Positions 59,177-64,000 of a DNA stretch of 64,000 nucleotides are shown one piece after another. Source of the stretch: Halorutilales archaeon Cl-col2-1 (GTDB lineage Archaea > Halobacteriota > Halobacteria > Halobacteriales > Afararchaeaceae); contig CP169074.1 of the NCBI GenBank assembly GCA_041891055.1, forward strand, positions 1,760,001-1,824,000, read 5' to 3'. Both the position numbers and the translations under genes were made by a program. The notes below the pieces were generated by a model that did not search any database, was not told the DNA's origin, and saw only the letters and a program-made list of their open reading frames with translations. Numbering within the stretch: position 1 is the first letter of the stretch; each line of letters opens with the position of its first letter.

Positions 59177-60103
59177 ATGGCATTCGGAGATGTCGACAAG
59201 ATATGGATGGACGGAGATCTCAAGGACTGGGAAGACGCTCAGATACACGTCCTTTCACACGTAGTCCACTACGGAAGCGGCGTCTTCGAGGGAATCCGGT
59301 GTTACGACACAGTCCGAGGACCCGCTGTCTTCCGACACCGTGACCATTATGAGAGGTTCCATAACAGTGCCGACGCACTCGGTATAGACCTCGACTACTC
59401 GGTCGAGGAACTCGTCGATGCGACCCACGAGGTCATAGAAGAAAATGGCTTAGAGTCGTGTTACATACGTCCCGTCGCATTCTACGGCTATAACTCTCTC
59501 GGAGTCGATCCCTCCGACTGTCCCGTTCGGACAGCGATCGCTGCCTGGCCCTGGGGAGCCTACCTCGGTGAGGACGCCATAAAGAACGGCGTCGAGGTTC
59601 AGGTCTCATCGTGGAGGCGGTACCACTCGTCACAGATGCCCACCACAGCGAAGATCAACGGCGGCTACGTCAACTCGCTCCTCTCGAAGACAGAGGCTCT
59701 CGAACGTGGATACGAGGAGTCGATAATGCTCAACAAGGAGGGTGACGTCGCAGAGGGAAGCGGGGAGAACCTCTTCATGGTCGACGACGGAACTATCTAC
59801 ACTCCGGGTCTCGGATCGAGCGTCCTCAACGGCATAACACGCAGGAGCGTCGTCCAGATAGCGAACGACCTAGGATACGAGGTCGTCGAGAAGAGTATCT
59901 CACGTGGAGAGCTCTACAACGCCGACGAGCTTTTCTTCACGGGAACCGCGGCGGAGGTCACTCCTATACGTAAGGTCGACGACGTCGTCGTAGGCGAGGG
60001 TACACGTGGTTCTATCACCGAGGAGATACAGAGTACCTTCTTCGACGTCGTCGAGGGAGAACGTCCCGAGTACGACGCCTGGCTAGACTTCGTCGACGAG
60101 TAA
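59177..60103 (+). CDS. ilvE: Branched-chain amino acid aminotransferase
   Basis: HYGSGVFEGIR, YIRP, AKINGGY, EGSGEN, GITR, GTAAEV. Confidence 0.95.
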   Translation: MAFGDVDKIWMDGDLKDWEDAQIHVLSHVVHYGSGVFEGIRCYDTVRGPAVFRHRDHYERFHNSADALGIDLDYSVEELVDATHEVIEENGLESCYIRPVAFYGYNSLGVDPSDCPVRTAIAAWPWGAYLGEDAIKNGVEVQVSSWRRYHSSQMPTTAKINGGYVNSLLSKTEALERGYEESIMLNKEGDVAEGSGENLFMVDDGTIYTPGLGSSVLNGITRRSVVQIANDLGYEVVEKSISRGELYNADELFFTGTAAEVTPIRKVDDVVVGEGTRGSITEEIQSTFFDVVEGERPEYDAWLDFVDE

Positions 60104-60217
60104 AGATCCATCTATTCTGTCTTCTGTCTCGTCTTAGTAGCTGCTCCGCTACTCTCTTTCAGCTAAAAAATAAAAACAAAACGAAAAACGGAAAGCTGTC
60201 TGTTCTACTGTTCTACT

Positions 60218-61681
60218 CTACGACGCTGAGCCGTTCTGAGCCTGCTCGATTGCAGCCTGTGTACCTTCTTCCTGTATCGTCTCTAGACTTATGCCCATCT
60301 CTTCCCACCACGTCTGGTCGGGTCTGGGCGGATTGTGGTCTATCCAGGCTGAGACGTTCGAGTCAGGTACCTGACTCTCGTTGAGCCAGTCGGGGTACTC
60401 GTCAGAGACGTCTTCGTCTCTGAGAGGCTGGTCGTACCTCGACACGTTGAGGTCTTCGAGCATGCTCTCATTGATCGGCTGATCCGACCCGACCGGTATT
60501 CCGGCGACGAGTAGCTTCTTCGTCATCGGGTTGATGTCGTAGCCGAGCTTGTGCTGGAGACGGTCGTAGTAGAGCGCCTCGTTCCTTATTCCAGAGGAGT
60601 CGTTCATGGGCGTCGATGTGGGCCAGTCCGCAGGGTGACGGTCTAGGTGCGGACGGTTGTGAGCATTCACGAAGCCAGCGACGTCCTGGGCGTCGCTCCA
60701 GTTGGTGAGGTCATGCGGCGAGTCGTACGGCATAGCCTCACGTATGAATGCTGTCGACGTGTAGAGACGGCTCATACCCGCTCCGTCGCTGTAAGATCCA
60801 CTTCCCCATATGGGTGGGTACTGTGATCCACCGAGTAGTCCCTGTCCGTCGTTGCCGTGACATCTCGAACAGTGTTCGAGGTAGAGCTTCGCACCTCTGA
60901 CAGGGTTTGTGTTCTGAACGGGCTTGCGCTCCTCTGCTTCCTGCTTCTTGAGATGTCTCCAGTAGGGCTCTGTCTCAGCAGGTGTTCCCTTGCCGAGCCA
61001 GATCATGTAGCTCTCCATCGCCTGTATCTCCTTGCTCTTCAGTGCAGGAAGTTCGCCAGCAGGCGAGTTGGGTCCTCCATCCATGCTACGGAGGAAACAT
61101 CCCGTGATACGGAGACGCATGTTACGCATTCTGTAAGTACGTCCCGTCCACTCGGGGTAGCCCGCCGAGGTTCCGACGAACGGAATCAGGTTGATGTCCT
61201 GTCCCACCATTCCGGTGGTAGTCGGAAGGTCACCTCCACCGTGGCAGTTAGCACACGAGAGGTTGTTTCCGACGTACTGAGGCATCTCCTCCGAAGTGTT
61301 TGCCATGAGGCTACGTCCGTACCTGATGAGCTCTCCACGTCTGCCGCCAGGCATCGTGGAGTCGTTCATCTCCTTGGGAACGAACTTGTACTCTGCCCCT
61401 TCTACGCTCGCGTTTCTGTGCTTGAGCCCGCCGGCGTTCCTGATGTCCTCATCTAACCACTTGTATCCCGTCCACGTTCCGGGAAGTGACGTCGGCTCAG
61501 CCTCCATGCCGCCGTTCATGTCCTGCCCGTCATCAGGGGTGTCGTCAGGTGCGCCGTCCCCTCCGGTATCACCGTCGGGCGCGCCACCGTTTCCTCCGCC
61601 CCCCATACATCCTGCTAATACCAACACTGCAGCCAGACCGGCTATAATAGCTATCTGTTTGCGTCTTGACGATCTACTCAT
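60218..61681 (-). CDS. Diheme cytochrome c lipoprotein, TsdA (thiosulfate dehydrogenase/tetrathionate reductase)-like
   Basis: Lipobox LAGC; CANCH and CSRCH heme motifs; RITGCFLRSMDG (Cys ligand) and PPIWG..SYSDGAGM. Confidence 0.8.
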   Translation of the reverse strand: MSRSSRRKQIAIIAGLAAVLVLAGCMGGGGNGGAPDGDTGGDGAPDDTPDDGQDMNGGMEAEPTSLPGTWTGYKWLDEDIRNAGGLKHRNASVEGAEYKFVPKEMNDSTMPGGRRGELIRYGRSLMANTSEEMPQYVGNNLSCANCHGGGDLPTTTGMVGQDINLIPFVGTSAGYPEWTGRTYRMRNMRLRITGCFLRSMDGGPNSPAGELPALKSKEIQAMESYMIWLGKGTPAETEPYWRHLKKQEAEERKPVQNTNPVRGAKLYLEHCSRCHGNDGQGLLGGSQYPPIWGSGSYSDGAGMSRLYTSTAFIREAMPYDSPHDLTNWSDAQDVAGFVNAHNRPHLDRHPADWPTSTPMNDSSGIRNEALYYDRLQHKLGYDINPMTKKLLVAGIPVGSDQPINESMLEDLNVSRYDQPLRDEDVSDEYPDWLNESQVPDSNVSAWIDHNPPRPDQTWWEEMGISLETIQEEGTQAAIEQAQNGSAS

Positions 61682-61871
61682 CTGTTATACCACTACGGTG
61701 TGGCTTCTTCTTCCTTTAACATAAATACTTTGACTAATACCCGTACAACCACGTGGTATTTATGTGCAATTTGCATATAAGTCGGGTGGGTTACGGGCTG
61801 AAACCGGCGCGTAAATACAATACGTTAGTTATAACCCTGTCGAAGACCCCGTCTACATAAGTGACAGAAGA

Positions 61872-63137
61872 ATGAGGAAATTACGAGTTCTAGTTCTCGT
61901 AGTACTCGGTCTAGCTCTGACGGCTTCTGCGGCTTCTGCGGCGGAGCTCAGGGGTGAGGTGAGTATAGAGAACGACGTGAATTCGGGGTATAACGTGACT
62001 GTGACTCCTCTCGACGAGAACTTCCAGAGCGTAGCCAACTCGTCGACGACACAGGTTGAGAACGGAAGCTACGTCTTTGAGGACATAGCCGACGCTGAGA
62101 GCTACTTCCTGCGTCTCAGCTATCTGAGGATGTCACATTACAAGCTGATAAACTCGACCGACCAGGGTGACTTCGTTCTCAACGAGACGGTTAGCGGTGA
62201 GGTAGTGAGACCCAACGGCTCGAACGTCACTGGACGTGCTATTAACATCATGAATAGCCAGGGTCTGATGGTAGGAGCGAGCCTGACACGTCTCGACGGC
62301 AGCTTCTCCTTCGAGCCTCTCCAGCCCGACAAGACCTACACTGTCGAGGTCATAGCTGACCAGGTTCCGTATAGGAAGAAGGTGACTACGGGGGTCAACT
62401 CGACGAATATCTCGATAGAGGTGACACCACCTACCGACGACATAGGCGTTATAGAGTCGAGTGGTGGACAGCTCGCTGATCACGTCATACAGGTCTCGAA
62501 TACACCGCCTGCGAATATGACCGACGCTTCCGATGACGCGTCTCTGTATGTAATAGAGACGATGAACGTCATCAACACGGCTGACAGACCCTTCCAGGGA
62601 CGTCTTGAGATAGGTGTTCCTGAGGATTCGCAGCCCAGTGCCGCGATGCTCAATAACCAGAGGGTTCCCTACGAGCGTGAGGGCGACACAGCTTACATAA
62701 ATACGACTATCGCCGCGGGACAGACTGCACAGATAGGTATCGCTTACAGCATACCGAGTTACAGCCTGTCGAAGGCGATAAAGTACGACACGGGAACCGT
62801 CGCAGTCGTACCGAGAGGAGGATACACGACCGATAACCTCGACTACTCCGCAAATCTCGTCGTCGGAAACGCTCCGATTCCGATGCTCACGAGTTCGCGT
62901 GAGATCAGTAGCGGCGAGGAAATCTCGGTGACATTCCCCGAGACACCCAACGGCACCGCCTCAGGTGACACCGGAGATACTGGAACCGGTGGAGACACAG
63001 GTGCAGGCGCAGGCACAGGAGGAGACGGATCGGGACAGAACGGCGGAGACGGGGGATCGAGCCTTCCCCTAACCACGATAGGTATAGCAGTCGTGGCTCT
63101 GATCGTCGCAGGAGTAGTCGTCTACAAGGTTCTTTAG
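61872..63137 (+). CDS. Secreted, C-terminally membrane-anchored protein with carboxypeptidase-regulatory-like beta domains
   Basis: Signal peptide, Ig-like segments, G/T/D linker, C-terminal TM with basic end, several N-x-S/T sequons. Confidence 0.7.
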   Translation: MRKLRVLVLVVLGLALTASAASAAELRGEVSIENDVNSGYNVTVTPLDENFQSVANSSTTQVENGSYVFEDIADAESYFLRLSYLRMSHYKLINSTDQGDFVLNETVSGEVVRPNGSNVTGRAINIMNSQGLMVGASLTRLDGSFSFEPLQPDKTYTVEVIADQVPYRKKVTTGVNSTNISIEVTPPTDDIGVIESSGGQLADHVIQVSNTPPANMTDASDDASLYVIETMNVINTADRPFQGRLEIGVPEDSQPSAAMLNNQRVPYEREGDTAYINTTIAAGQTAQIGIAYSIPSYSLSKAIKYDTGTVAVVPRGGYTTDNLDYSANLVVGNAPIPMLTSSREISSGEEISVTFPETPNGTASGDTGDTGTGGDTGAGAGTGGDGSGQNGGDGGSSLPLTTIGIAVVALIVAGVVVYKVL

Positions 63138-63165
63138 ACGGGGATAGGCTACTTTTTTCTATGGT

Positions 63166-63669
63166 ATGACAGACACCGTACGTGAGACTGTCGAGGAGAT
63201 ACGTAAGAGTCTCAGCCGGAGAGACGAGACCCTCGCAGTCGCCGAGTCGTGTACGGGAGGTCTCGTCTCGTCAAGACTGACTGACTACCCCGGCTCATCG
63301 TCTTTCTTCGAGAGAGGATACGTCGTCTACTCGTACGGTTCACAGCTTGAACTCGGTGTGAGAAGGGAGACACTCGACGAGTACGGTGCTGTGAGTAAAG
63401 AGACAGCGCGCGAACTCGCACAGTCAGTGCGTGACTCGTCAGGGTCGACGTGGGGAATCGCAGTCACGGGAATCACAGGTCCTTCGGGCGGTACCCACGA
63501 CAAGCCCGTCGGGACTGTCTATACCGCCGTCGCCTACTCGGGCGACTGGGGAACCTGCGACTCCTTCACGTCGGTCAGAAGAGACGAGTACGACGGCGAC
63601 AGGAGACAGATCAAGAAGAAGATGGCGGAGGGCTGTCTCAGACATCTCCTCGACGAGATTGAGATCTGA
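63166..63669 (+). CDS. cinA: CinA C-terminal domain protein (NMN deamidase-like)
   Basis: AVAESCTGG, PGSS, GAVS, TGITGPSGGT..KPVGTV. Confidence 0.9.
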   Translation: MTDTVRETVEEIRKSLSRRDETLAVAESCTGGLVSSRLTDYPGSSSFFERGYVVYSYGSQLELGVRRETLDEYGAVSKETARELAQSVRDSSGSTWGIAVTGITGPSGGTHDKPVGTVYTAVAYSGDWGTCDSFTSVRRDEYDGDRRQIKKKMAEGCLRHLLDEIEI

Positions 63670-64000
63670 GGACTTTCCTGACCCCGGCACCCAAGCCGTA
63701 GCTCAGACTTCCAACTCCTACTCCGATAACCACACCCCAGACGACGCCTCTCGTGACGAAGAATACGCGACTCGGGTCACGTCTCACCATTCCCTCCGAG
63801 AAGACTGCCGTCCAGTACGAGAGAAGCGGAGACATAGTAAACAGCCACGAAGACACCAGACCCGCTCGGAGAAACCCCGCCGTAGCTCCGCCAACGACGA
63901 GAACTACCGCGACTACGTTGACCAAGACGAGACTACTGTCGGGTATCAGATTCGCTTCGGTTTTGAGTTCGAGGAGTAGAACCGACGTAACCCCGAGAAA
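63638..64000 (-). CDS. Hypothetical membrane protein, partial (5' end outside window)
   Basis: Frame stays open to the window edge; hydrophobic segments. Confidence 0.55.
   Translation of the reverse strand, partial: FLGVTSVLLLELKTEANLIPDSSLVLVNVVAVVLVVGGATAGFLRAGLVSSWLFTMSPLLSYWTAVFSEGMVRRDPSRVFFVTRGVVWGVVIGVGVGSLSYGLGAGVRKVLRSQSRRGDV

Noticed and set aside
1-64000. CRISPR array or cas genes
   Set aside because: No repeat-spacer periodicity seen. The hairpin arrays have non-identical units, and TnpB is flanked by IS ends rather than an array.

Overview
This 64-kb window is archaeal DNA from an extreme halophile: the proteome is acidic, and it encodes an archaeal-type TyrRS, GatD, a SAMP, archaeosortase ArtA, archaeal pilins and an ether-lipid prenyltransferase. 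A member of class Halobacteria is likely (inference). The main finding is a tightly coupled 10-gene minus-strand operon (17727->7802). It has bioB-bioW-bioU-bioF-bioD followed directly by a complete 2-oxoacid chain-elongation set (aksA/aksD/aksE/aksF-like) and a TPP-dependent IorA-like protein that has lost its Fe-S cysteines. A BirA-type palindrome overlaps the bioB start. This looks like a self-contained, fatty-acid-independent route to the biotin precursor pimelate via 2-oxosuberate. Other notable items: a TnpB (IS200/IS605) element with a four-hairpin cassette in its right end; a 130-nt tRNA-like gene with an oversized anticodon arm; an integrase-less 4.9-kb island in tRNA-Gln carrying an MCP fused to a RecA/KaiC-like domain; a frameshifted LOV-domain kinase; tandem pilins sharing a 68-bp identical block among several TA modules; and a TsdA-like diheme cytochrome c lipoprotein. 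The rest is housekeeping (hisF, metX/metY, lysA, gatD, argH, grpE-dnaK-dnaJ, ilvE, cinA). All calls come from reading motifs by eye; no database searches were run.
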